Source of the DNA: Bacteroidales bacterium
GTDB taxonomy: Bacteria; Bacteroidota; Bacteroidia; Bacteroidales; UBA932
Assembly (NCBI GenBank): GCA_017650285.1
Contig: JAGCFF010000058.1
Span: 1-35,472 of the forward strand
Reading direction: 5' to 3'
DNA length: 35,472 nucleotides
Shown: piece after piece, positions 1 to 7,700 of the stretch
Layout: every line of letters starts with the position of its first letter
Numbering within the stretch: the first letter of the stretch is position 1
Program-made: the position numbers and the translations under genes
The notes under the pieces: model-generated
What the model saw: the letters and a program-made list of their open reading frames with translations, nothing else
Database searches by the model: none
What the model was told of the DNA's origin: nothing

Positions 1-42
1 CCACTTACGGAAGGCCTTGCTGTTTATATTATGCAGCGTGCG

Positions 43-1329
43 TCAGATCTTCGCGAGCGCCTGCTCCAGATCCTCGATGATGTCATCGATGTGCTCCGTG
101 CCGATGCTGAGACGGACGGTAGCCGGAGTGATGTGCTGCTGCTTGAGCTCCTCTTCCGACAGCTGCGAGTGAGTCGTAGTGTAGGGATGGATCACGAGGC
201 TCTTGACATCAGCCACATTGGCCAGCAGCGAGAAGATCTCCAGAGCGTCGATGAACTTCCAGGCCTCCTTCTCTCCGCCCTTGATCTCGAAAGTGAAGAT
301 GCTTCCTCCGCCGTTCGGGAAATACTTCTTGTAGAGAGCATTGTCCTGATGGTCCGCAAGAGAAGGATGGTTGACCTTCGCAACCTTGGGATGCTTGCTG
401 AGGAAATCTACCACCTTGAGGGCGTTCTCCACGTGACGCTCTACGCGCAGCGAGAGAGTCTCGAGACCCTGCAGCAGCAGGAAAGCGTTGAACGGAGAGA
501 TGGCGGCTCCGGTATCCCTGAGGATGACGGCACGGATGCGCGTCACGTAAGCTGCGGCACCCACGGCCTGTGCGAAGACGATACCGTGGTATGAAGGGTC
601 AGGTTTAGTCAGAGTAGGGTAGCGGTCAGCATTGCCCAGCCAGTCGAACTTGCCGCTGTCCACTATCACGCCGCCCAGGGACGAGCCGTGGCCGCCGATG
701 AACTTGGTGGCAGAGTGTACTACTACATCGGCCCCGTGTTCGATGGGACGGATGAGATAGGGGGTTCCGAAGGTGTTGTCCACGATGAAGACTATGCCGT
801 GACGGTGCGCCACTTCGGCCACGCCGTCCACGTCGAGCACGTCGCCGTTGGGATTGCCGAAGGTCTCGGCGTAGATGATCTTGGTCTCGGGCCTGATGGC
901 TGCTTCGAGGGCGGCCAGGTCATTGATGTTGACGATGGTGCTGGTGATGCCCTGGGTGGCGAGAGTGTGTGTTATGAGATTGTATGTACCGCCGTACAGG
1001 TTGTCTGCCGCTACGATGTGGTCGCCGGACTGGGCGATGTTCTGCAGGGCATAGGTGATGGCCGCTGCTCCTGAGGCTACTGCAAGGCCTGCGACTCCGC
1101 CTTCAAGCGCAGCCACGCGGTCTTCGAATACACCCTGGGTGGAATTGGTCAGACGGCCGTAGATGTTGCCTGCGTCGCGGAGGCCGAAACGGTCGGCTGC
1201 GTGCTGGGAGTTGTGGAAAACATAGGAAGTGGTCTGGTAGATGGGAACTGCGCGTGCATCTGTCGTGGGGTCTGCCTGTTCCTGTCCTACGTGGAGCTGC
1301 AAAGTCTCGAAGCGGTAATTCTTACTCAT
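43..1329 (-). CDS. metY: O-acetylhomoserine sulfhydrylase / aminocarboxypropyltransferase (PLP-dependent Cys/Met metabolism family)
   Basis: 428-aa ORF with ATG at 1329-1327. The N-terminus '[25 protein letters not shown]' and the PLP-lysine motif '[11 protein letters not shown]' are typical of OAH/OAS sulfhydrylases. Coordinates include the stop codon, as for all CDS here. Confidence 0.9.
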   Translation of the reverse strand: MSKNYRFETLQLHVGQEQADPTTDARAVPIYQTTSYVFHNSQHAADRFGLRDAGNIYGRLTNSTQGVFEDRVAALEGGVAGLAVASGAAAITYALQNIAQSGDHIVAADNLYGGTYNLITHTLATQGITSTIVNINDLAALEAAIRPETKIIYAETFGNPNGDVLDVDGVAEVAHRHGIVFIVDNTFGTPYLIRPIEHGADVVVHSATKFIGGHGSSLGGVIVDSGKFDWLGNADRYPTLTKPDPSYHGIVFAQAVGAAAYVTRIRAVILRDTGAAISPFNAFLLLQGLETLSLRVERHVENALKVVDFLSKHPKVAKVNHPSLADHQDNALYKKYFPNGGGSIFTFEIKGGEKEAWKFIDALEIFSLLANVADVKSLVIHPYTTTHSQLSEEELKQQHITPATVRLSIGTEHIDDIIEDLEQALAKI

Positions 1330-1430
1330 GGTCGTATGTTTTTAATTGTTTGTCGGTGATGTTTTTCACTGCAAAGGTGATTCTGCTTGCAACATTTGCC
1401 AACGAAATTCAAAACTTTAGAAAATATTGC

Positions 1431-1438
1431 TATATTTG
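1431..1438 (+). promoter_or_regulatory. Candidate Bacteroidota -7 promoter box (TAnnTTTG) for the Lrp/AsnC gene
   Basis: An exact 'TATATTTG' lies 39 nt upstream of the ATG at 1477, in the AT-rich divergent intergenic region 1330-1476. Confidence 0.35.
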
Positions 1439-1476
1439 CATTGTTATATAGAATATTATTCTGAATCACTCGGAAA

Positions 1477-1953
1477 ATGGCAGCTGAAAAAGAATACACT
1501 CTCGATGCGAAGGATCTCGACATCCTCAGGGCCCTGCAGAAGAACGCCCGTCTGACCAACAAGGAACTTGCGGCGCAGGTACATCTGTCCACCACGCCGG
1601 CCTATGAGCGGGTAAAGCGCCTGGAGCGGCTCGGATACATTCAGAAATATGCCACCATACTCGACGCAGCAAAGCTCAACAGGGGATTCGCGGTGTTCTG
1701 CAGCGTGAAGCTGAGGCAGCTCAGCATGGAACTGGCCGAGGCCTTCACCTCTATGATAAAGGATGTGCCCGAAGTCACGGAATGCTACAACATCTCAGGC
1801 AGTTTCGACTATCTGCTGCGCATCCAGTCTCCCGATATGAAGTACTACCAGCAGTTCCTGCTGAACGTGATAGGGCGTCACGACAACGTCGCCTCGATCG
1901 AGAGCACGTTCGTGATGGAGGAAATAAAGCACGAATACAGCGTGAGCGTCTAG
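1477..1953 (+). CDS. Lrp/AsnC family transcriptional regulator
   Basis: 158 aa. It has an N-terminal HTH 'LDILRALQKNARLTNKELAAQVHLSTTPAYERVKRLERLGYIQKY' followed by an AsnC-type ligand-binding (RAM) half. It is divergent from metY. Confidence 0.9.
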   Translation: MAAEKEYTLDAKDLDILRALQKNARLTNKELAAQVHLSTTPAYERVKRLERLGYIQKYATILDAAKLNRGFAVFCSVKLRQLSMELAEAFTSMIKDVPEVTECYNISGSFDYLLRIQSPDMKYYQQFLLNVIGRHDNVASIESTFVMEEIKHEYSVSV

Positions 1954-1960
1954 AGCCGCG

Positions 1961-2761
1961 TCAGAAGCTGAACTGGTACGACACGCACAGGGATGCGCGG
2001 AAGCCGCGGTCGTAGCTGATCGATTTCAGCGTCGTGCCGCTCTGTGCGGTATCGACGTTCTTGTCGTAGTTGTAGTCGGCAAGCAGGTAGAAATCGAAGG
2101 AATTGTGCTTGTCGATCTCCCATTCGGCGCCTATCGATCCGCGCAGGCGATTGATATAGGCGTCGGTGTAGCCGGTGAAGACATAGTCGGTGAAAGTCTG
2201 GCTGACGGAGTTCCAGGTCGCAGCGCAGGCCGGGTCGTTGAACACGTTGCGCAGTTCCAGATAGCAGTAGGGGGTGAGGGATACGAAACCCTTGTAGGCG
2301 GCCTGTACACGGCTCTTGAGCTCGAGGGAGTTGGGCGTGCTCTGGTGCTTGTATGAGTTCACGTCCTTGTGGGTGAGCTGCAGGCGCTCTTTCAGGGAGA
2401 AATTCCAGTAGCCTGACTTCAGGGTATATTTGGCATCGGCATAGACACGGTGGCGGGTCTTCCATACGTCGGAAGACGAGAGCCTCTGGATCCATATGTA
2501 TCCTGCGCCGAACTTGAAATTGTCGTTGAGCTTGTAGGTGAGTCCGAGTCCGGTGTCGAAGCGGCCGAAACTGCTGAAATTGTCGTCGAGCCTTCCTTCG
2601 CCGGACAGGGACAGGTGCACACCCCTGACTATCTTCTTGTCGACGGTCACGCCTACGCGCGCTGCCATATCTGCGTCGAGGTCGTTCACGGTTATCTGAG
2701 CCTGAGCCAGTACGGGCATCGCGGCGAGCAGTATGCAAAGCAACAGTCTTCCAGTCTTCAT
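1961..2761 (-). CDS. Outer-membrane beta-barrel protein (DUF2490-like; family assignment tentative)
   Basis: 266 aa. It has the signal peptide 'MKTGRLLLCILLAAMPVLAQAQ', alternating hydrophobic/polar beta-strand pattern throughout, and a C-terminal aromatic 'YQFSF' typical of OMP beta-signals. It starts 4 nt after the DUF4956 stop. Confidence 0.7.
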   Translation of the reverse strand: MKTGRLLLCILLAAMPVLAQAQITVNDLDADMAARVGVTVDKKIVRGVHLSLSGEGRLDDNFSSFGRFDTGLGLTYKLNDNFKFGAGYIWIQRLSSSDVWKTRHRVYADAKYTLKSGYWNFSLKERLQLTHKDVNSYKHQSTPNSLELKSRVQAAYKGFVSLTPYCYLELRNVFNDPACAATWNSVSQTFTDYVFTGYTDAYINRLRGSIGAEWEIDKHNSFDFYLLADYNYDKNVDTAQSGTTLKSISYDRGFRASLCVSYQFSF

Positions 2762-2765
2762 AACA

Positions 2766-3533
2766 CTATTGTTCTACGAAGTCCTTGGCCCTGGTGAGAG
2801 TGTCGATCGAGCCGGTCTGGCCCTTCTCCAGCGTATAAAAAATCTTGATGTAGGCGGCATCCCTGAGGAAATCCACGTGGCCGATCTCAAGGTTGTCGAC
2901 CTTGACGCCGGTGCGCTTCTCCAGGTCTGCTATCAGTTCGTCCCTCTTTTCCGGAACTATGAGCTCGATGCGGTCGTAGAGCACCAGCTTGGTGGAAGTA
3001 TGATTGAGGAACTTGCCGTTCTCGAGGAACCAGATGAGCAGTATGACGAGCAGGTTCGACAGGGCCATAATGCCGACGGTTCCCATACTGATCACGTAGC
3101 GGGGGTCGGGACCCGCCACGCCCACGATCTTGTAGACCGGAGCGAGGCCGTTGAGGGCTGCCAGTGCGATGATGACGAAGAGGTAGGTCATCTCCCTGAT
3201 GGGCACCGTCTCGGTGCGGTAGCGTATCACGCCGAATATGGCGAAGAGGCCGAGGGTGAGGCCGACACCCACTTCCACGTTGCCCATAATGTAGAGCAGC
3301 AGGAGCATCGCGGCCGAGAACACCATGAAGGTGAAATAGTAGTCGCGGCGGCGGCTCTTGCGATAGTAGAAGAACTGGACGAGGATCCAGCATACGAGCA
3401 GGTTCAGGAAGAACCTTATGCAAAGCTCTGCAACAGACTGGCCGGTGGTCATCGCGGCGTCGGTGATGCTCTGGATGTCCATTATGTTCTCGTCGGCGAG
3501 GGTGTAGTCCCCGAAGTCCTGGGCGGTAATCAT
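2766..3533 (-). CDS. DUF4956 domain-containing inner-membrane protein
   Basis: 255 aa. The strongly conserved-looking core 'FFYYRKSRRRDYYFTFMVF..GLFAIFGVIRYRTETVPIREMTYLF' is recognised as the DUF4956 signature. It has several TM helices and a soluble C-terminal tail 'LVLYDRIELIVPEKRDELIADLEKRTG'. Its ATG overlaps the VTC stop (ATGA at 3533-3530). Confidence 0.85.
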   Translation of the reverse strand: MITAQDFGDYTLADENIMDIQSITDAAMTTGQSVAELCIRFFLNLLVCWILVQFFYYRKSRRRDYYFTFMVFSAAMLLLLYIMGNVEVGVGLTLGLFAIFGVIRYRTETVPIREMTYLFVIIALAALNGLAPVYKIVGVAGPDPRYVISMGTVGIMALSNLLVILLIWFLENGKFLNHTSTKLVLYDRIELIVPEKRDELIADLEKRTGVKVDNLEIGHVDFLRDAAYIKIFYTLEKGQTGSIDTLTRAKDFVEQ

Positions 3534-4324
3534 ATCACTTCAATTTTGTCGTTTATAATCTTTTCTATGCTGCGGACCTTCTCCTTGAAACGGTTCTTCT
3601 TGGCGGAAGGGTCGGTGAGGGTCTCCGCTATGCAGTATTTGCTGACGCGCAGCGGCTTTACGCGGTGGTCGAGCAGTATGCCCTTCATCTGGCTGGCGTA
3701 GCGGCCGTCCTGTTTGAGCTCGATGATGACGGCGTCCTTCAGGCTACCTCCGAGGCCTGTGCGGTAGTTGCTGAAATGCACTCCGGTGTCGATGGTCAGC
3801 CTCTCGGTCATTGCGGCGTTGACCAGCGTGATGCGGGCGAACGAGGTGGACAGCACCGGCTGCAGCATATCTGCGGTGAAGGCGGAGTGCCTTGCCAGAT
3901 AGTCGCAGGCGTCCCCGTCGCCTCCGAAGCCGAGCAGCTCGTCGCAGGGAATGCGGGTCCTCTTCTTCCTGGTGCGTCCGTGGTTGTCCTTGCGCTTGAT
4001 CTCCAGGTAGGCCTCGCCGGAATTCTCGTAGATGCGGGTGCGGACCTTCTGGCGTACAAGACGCTTGTCGTGGTGGGCGAGATACATCTTCAGCCCGTCG
4101 GTGTCATAATACACCGTGGTATAGGGACTCAGCTTCGAGCCCGAGGTTTCCAGCGCACGGTACCCGGCTGCCCTCGCATCCTCCAGAAGACTGACAAGCG
4201 TGGTCTCGTCTGTCACGTACTTGGTGTCGGTGCGGTTGAGCAGCCTGACGGAATCCATCTCCTCCAGGCTTACGGAGGGAATGGACCCGGCCAGGGGTTC
4301 CAGTATCGTGCGGGCATTATTCAT
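3530..4324 (-). CDS. VTC-domain (polyphosphate polymerase / triphosphate-tunnel) protein
   Basis: 264 aa with no signal peptide. 'LLNRTDTKYV', 'YTTVYYDT' and the basic strand 'AYLEIKRKDNHGRTRKKRTRI' match what I recall of bacterial VTC-domain proteins, which are annotated 'polyphosphate polymerase domain-containing protein'. Confidence 0.85.
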   Translation of the reverse strand: MNNARTILEPLAGSIPSVSLEEMDSVRLLNRTDTKYVTDETTLVSLLEDARAAGYRALETSGSKLSPYTTVYYDTDGLKMYLAHHDKRLVRQKVRTRIYENSGEAYLEIKRKDNHGRTRKKRTRIPCDELLGFGGDGDACDYLARHSAFTADMLQPVLSTSFARITLVNAAMTERLTIDTGVHFSNYRTGLGGSLKDAVIIELKQDGRYASQMKGILLDHRVKPLRVSKYCIAETLTDPSAKKNRFKEKVRSIEKIINDKIEVI

Positions 4325-4724
4325 CCTGCGTGATGTATTCGAATACCTTGGTGCTGATGAGCTTGCCTTTCGGATCGTAGGTATACTGCGTCTTCTTCTT
4401 GCCGAATTCGTTGTATTCGAACCGCTTGTAGTCTACCAGGCGGTTGCGCTCGTCATAGACCAGTTCGCGCACCAGGCGGTCGCCTGCCGCCCATTCGAAT
4501 TTCTTGCGCCACTTCTGCTTGCCGTTGCTGTAGTACTCGGTCTCGTCGATTTTCTGGCCGTCGGGAGAGTAGATGGTCTGATGGTCCAGGATACGGTGGC
4601 CTCTGGCGTCCGTGTTCCACTCCTTGACCACGAGGTTCTTCTTGTTGAGCGCCTGGCTGTCCTGTGCATACGCTGTCGACAGGCAGGCAATGAGCAATGT
4701 TGTGATGACTATCAGTTTTTTCAT
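4317..4724 (-). CDS. Small secreted protein with YD/MORN-like beta-hairpin repeats (hypothetical)
   Basis: The track ORF 4317-4817 begins with an Arg/His-rich stretch that overlaps the upstream gene. The ATG at 4724 gives a clean signal peptide 'MKKLIVITTLLIACLSTAYAQ'. The mature part is repetitive ('YYSNGKQKWRKKFEW', 'VYDERNRLVDYKRFEYNEFGKKKTQYTYDPKGKL'). It overlaps the VTC start by 8 nt. Confidence 0.7.
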   Translation of the reverse strand: MKKLIVITTLLIACLSTAYAQDSQALNKKNLVVKEWNTDARGHRILDHQTIYSPDGQKIDETEYYSNGKQKWRKKFEWAAGDRLVRELVYDERNRLVDYKRFEYNEFGKKKTQYTYDPKGKLISTKVFEYITQDE

Positions 4725-4735
4725 GGCTGTATGTT

Positions 4736-7700
4736 TTAATGGGGCCATCCTCCGCTTCCGCCGGTGTAGGTGGACAGAGTGGTCTCGGTGCCTCCGCTTA
4801 TGCCGCTTGTAGCCCACATACCGGAGCAGCGCTTGCCGCTGTTGTTCACGCTGACACCGTTGAACGCCTTGTCGAGCGAAGGCGCGGTGACGACGTATTG
4901 TGATGCACCCGAAGTCGCCTGGAAGGCGGCGATGGGCGTAGTTCCGTTGAAGAGTCCGGTCCAGCTGTTCTGCGTGGCGTTTATCTGGTAGATGTTCTGG
5001 CTTGATGAGTAGCCGCGCTCGAGGCCTCCGTACGAGACGATGGTGGCTCCGTTGTTGATGTAGAGCTTGTGGCCTTCCTCGGTGTTGGCGTCGAGGGCGA
5101 CTTCAGGACTGCCCTTGGTGGTCACGGCATAGACATAGCCGCCGCTGATCTTCATATCGCCGTTGGCGTCCATAGCGTCGTTCTTGCTGGAGAATGCGTA
5201 GATGTATCCGCTCTTTATGATCATATCTCCCTGGCAGTTGATGGCGTCGTCGGCTGCGGATGTCGAGTAGGTCTCTCCGCCGTCGAAGGTGAGCTTGCCC
5301 TTGGCCTCGATGCCTTCGCTTTTCGAACTGCTGACGGTGATGATGCCGCCGTTGATGACCAGGTTTCCGGCGGAGGCCGTCACCTTGTTGCCGTTCTTGG
5401 TAACCCAGCCGACCTTGATGCCCTTCGAAGTTTCACCGTTCGATTCGGCGCCGCTCGTGGTGATCTTGAGCGTACCTCCGGAGATATAGCTGTCGGCCAC
5501 GTTGTGGCTGCTGCTGTAGTCATAGTCGCCGGCGCTGATTCCTTTTCCGCCAGTGCCGGTATTGGTGATGGTGAGGGTTCCGGAGTTCATCTCGAAATAG
5601 TTGTCGGCCTTGATGCCTGCCGAGCCCTTGTATTCGCCGTCTTCGGTTCCTACGCCTCCGCTGACGTTGATGGTTGTGGAGCCGCCCTCCACGAGGACGT
5701 AGTTGTCAGAGGAGATGCCCTTCTTGGTCGCGGCCTTCGACGTTATGCTGATGGTGCCGGCGTTTATCTGCACATATTCATTGACCTTGATTCCGTGTCC
5801 CGCGCCGCTGTTTGCGATGACCTTGACGGTGGGTTTCGACAGGAACCTTATGTAGTCGTCGGACACGATGCCGCTCTTGCCCTTGGAGTTGTTTGCAGTC
5901 ACGGTCAGTGTGCCGCGTCCGCTGAACACCAGCTGTCCTTCGGAGAAGAAGACGGCCTTCATGTCTTCGCTGCCGGAAGAATAGGAGGCTGACGAGCCGT
6001 CCGCGAGGGCGTTGGTTCCTTCCACATATACGAAGGTCCGCTTGCCGCTCTGGTTGTTGATGGCGGCGCCGCTGCTGCAGGTGAGGTTGACGTTGCTGAG
6101 CCAGATAGCCTGCTTCTTGCTGCTGTAAAGCTTGAAGTAGCCGTCCGATGCGCTGCCCTTGAGTTTGTATGCCACGTTCTCGCTTCCGCTGTATGTGATG
6201 GTCACCTTGTTGCCGCTGATGCTTACCGTGAAGTCACCGGAGGCTGAACTGTAGCCGGTGACTGAAGCCCCGCCGGAAGCATAGGTCACGGTCACCAGAC
6301 GGGTGAAGGTGGTGTTGGAAATCTCGTCGTCGCTCGAACCGCCTCCCGACGAAGCGAAGACGGTGGTGACTTCTCCGTCCTGTCCGTCGTCACCGCCACC
6401 GCCGCCTGAACCGGGGTCGGATGTTACGGTGAGGGTATATGTGGCGGATGCGGACTGGTAGTTGGTGTTGCCGCCGAACGAGGCCGTTATGTCAGTGGTT
6501 CCGGTTCCCTTGAGGGTGACGGCTCCGCTGCTGCTTACGGTGGCCACGTTCGTCTCCGACGATGTGTAGTTTATGCTGAGACCGCCCGGAGAGACGGAGA
6601 GCGTTGGGAAACTGTTTGCACTTCCGTTTTCAAGGATGGCGTTGCAGCTTGAGGAACTCCATTCCAGATGGACCGTGTTCTTGACCACGTTGAGGTTGTA
6701 TGAGACCGTCTGGGCAGGATCGTCGTCCGTAGCCTTGGTCTTCGCGTATATGACGGTGAGACCTTCTTTCTTCAAGGTCACAGTGTAGCTGTTGCCGGAC
6801 TGGCTGACCGTCGCTACGGCTTCGTTGCTGGAACTGTATTCTACCGCCAGTCTCCCGGGGTTGTTCAGCGTCGGATAGACATTGCTGCTGCTTGCCAGCG
6901 TGGCGGTATATTCCTTGGTGCTCCAGGAGATGGTAACGTTGGCCGTGCTCTTCTGAACGGTCAGCGTATAAGAGGCGCTGGACGCATTGAAGATGTCCGT
7001 TTCCTTGCTGGAGGCGGTAATGGTTGTTTCTCCCGCTTTCTTCAGGGTGACGGTGTAGCCGGAGGCAGTGGCGCTCACCGTGGCCACGGACTCGTCGGAC
7101 GAGCTGTAGGTCACCTCGAGGTTGTTGGGGTTCTTGAGTTTAGGGAAAGAATTGTTTTGCGCCCCGATGGTCGCAGAATAATTAGCCTTGCTCCACTCCA
7201 GCCCTCCGTCGGCCTTTACGACGTTCAGGGTGTAGCTGGCAGATGTGGACGCGTATGTGTCGGTAGCCACGGAAGTGGCCTTGATGGTGGTGGTGCCCTG
7301 TGACTTGAGAGTCACGCTGCAGCCTGTTTCAGTGGCAACGACGGCGGCAACCGTTCCGTCGCTCGAACTGTATTCTATCTGCTGCTTTCCCGGATTGCTG
7401 AGGGTGGGGAAAACATTGCTGTCGCTGCCGAGGGTGGCAGTGCAGGATGCGTCGCTCCAGGAAATGAAGACTGACGACTTGGAGACGGTCAGGGTGTAGG
7501 AAGCCGTCGCCGCCTTGAATCTGCCGGTCTCCTTGCTGGAGGCGGTGATGACGGTGACGCCCTCGTGACGGAGGGTCACCTTGCAGCCATTGGAGGTGGG
7601 GGTCACGGAAGCCACGTTGCTGTCGCTCGAACTGAAGGAAACCTCCAGCTTGTCAGGATTGCTCAGCGTGGGGAAACGGTTGTCTTCGCCCATTACCGCG

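Noticed and set aside
1330-1476. A possible SAM/Met riboswitch or T-box-like leader upstream of metY, and a TGCAA-N12-TTGCA inverted repeat (1370-1391) as an Lrp operator.
   Set aside because: The region is short, AT-rich and lacks the GC-rich helices of SAM-I/SAM-II-type riboswitches. A 5-bp inverted repeat is too weak to call as an operator without comparative data.
6371-6418. The Gly/Asp-coding low-complexity tract (caccgccaccgccgcc...) considered as a slipped-strand phase-variation switch.
   Set aside because: The repeat is an imperfect triplet-based tract, so slippage would keep the reading frame. It is more simply an interdomain hinge.
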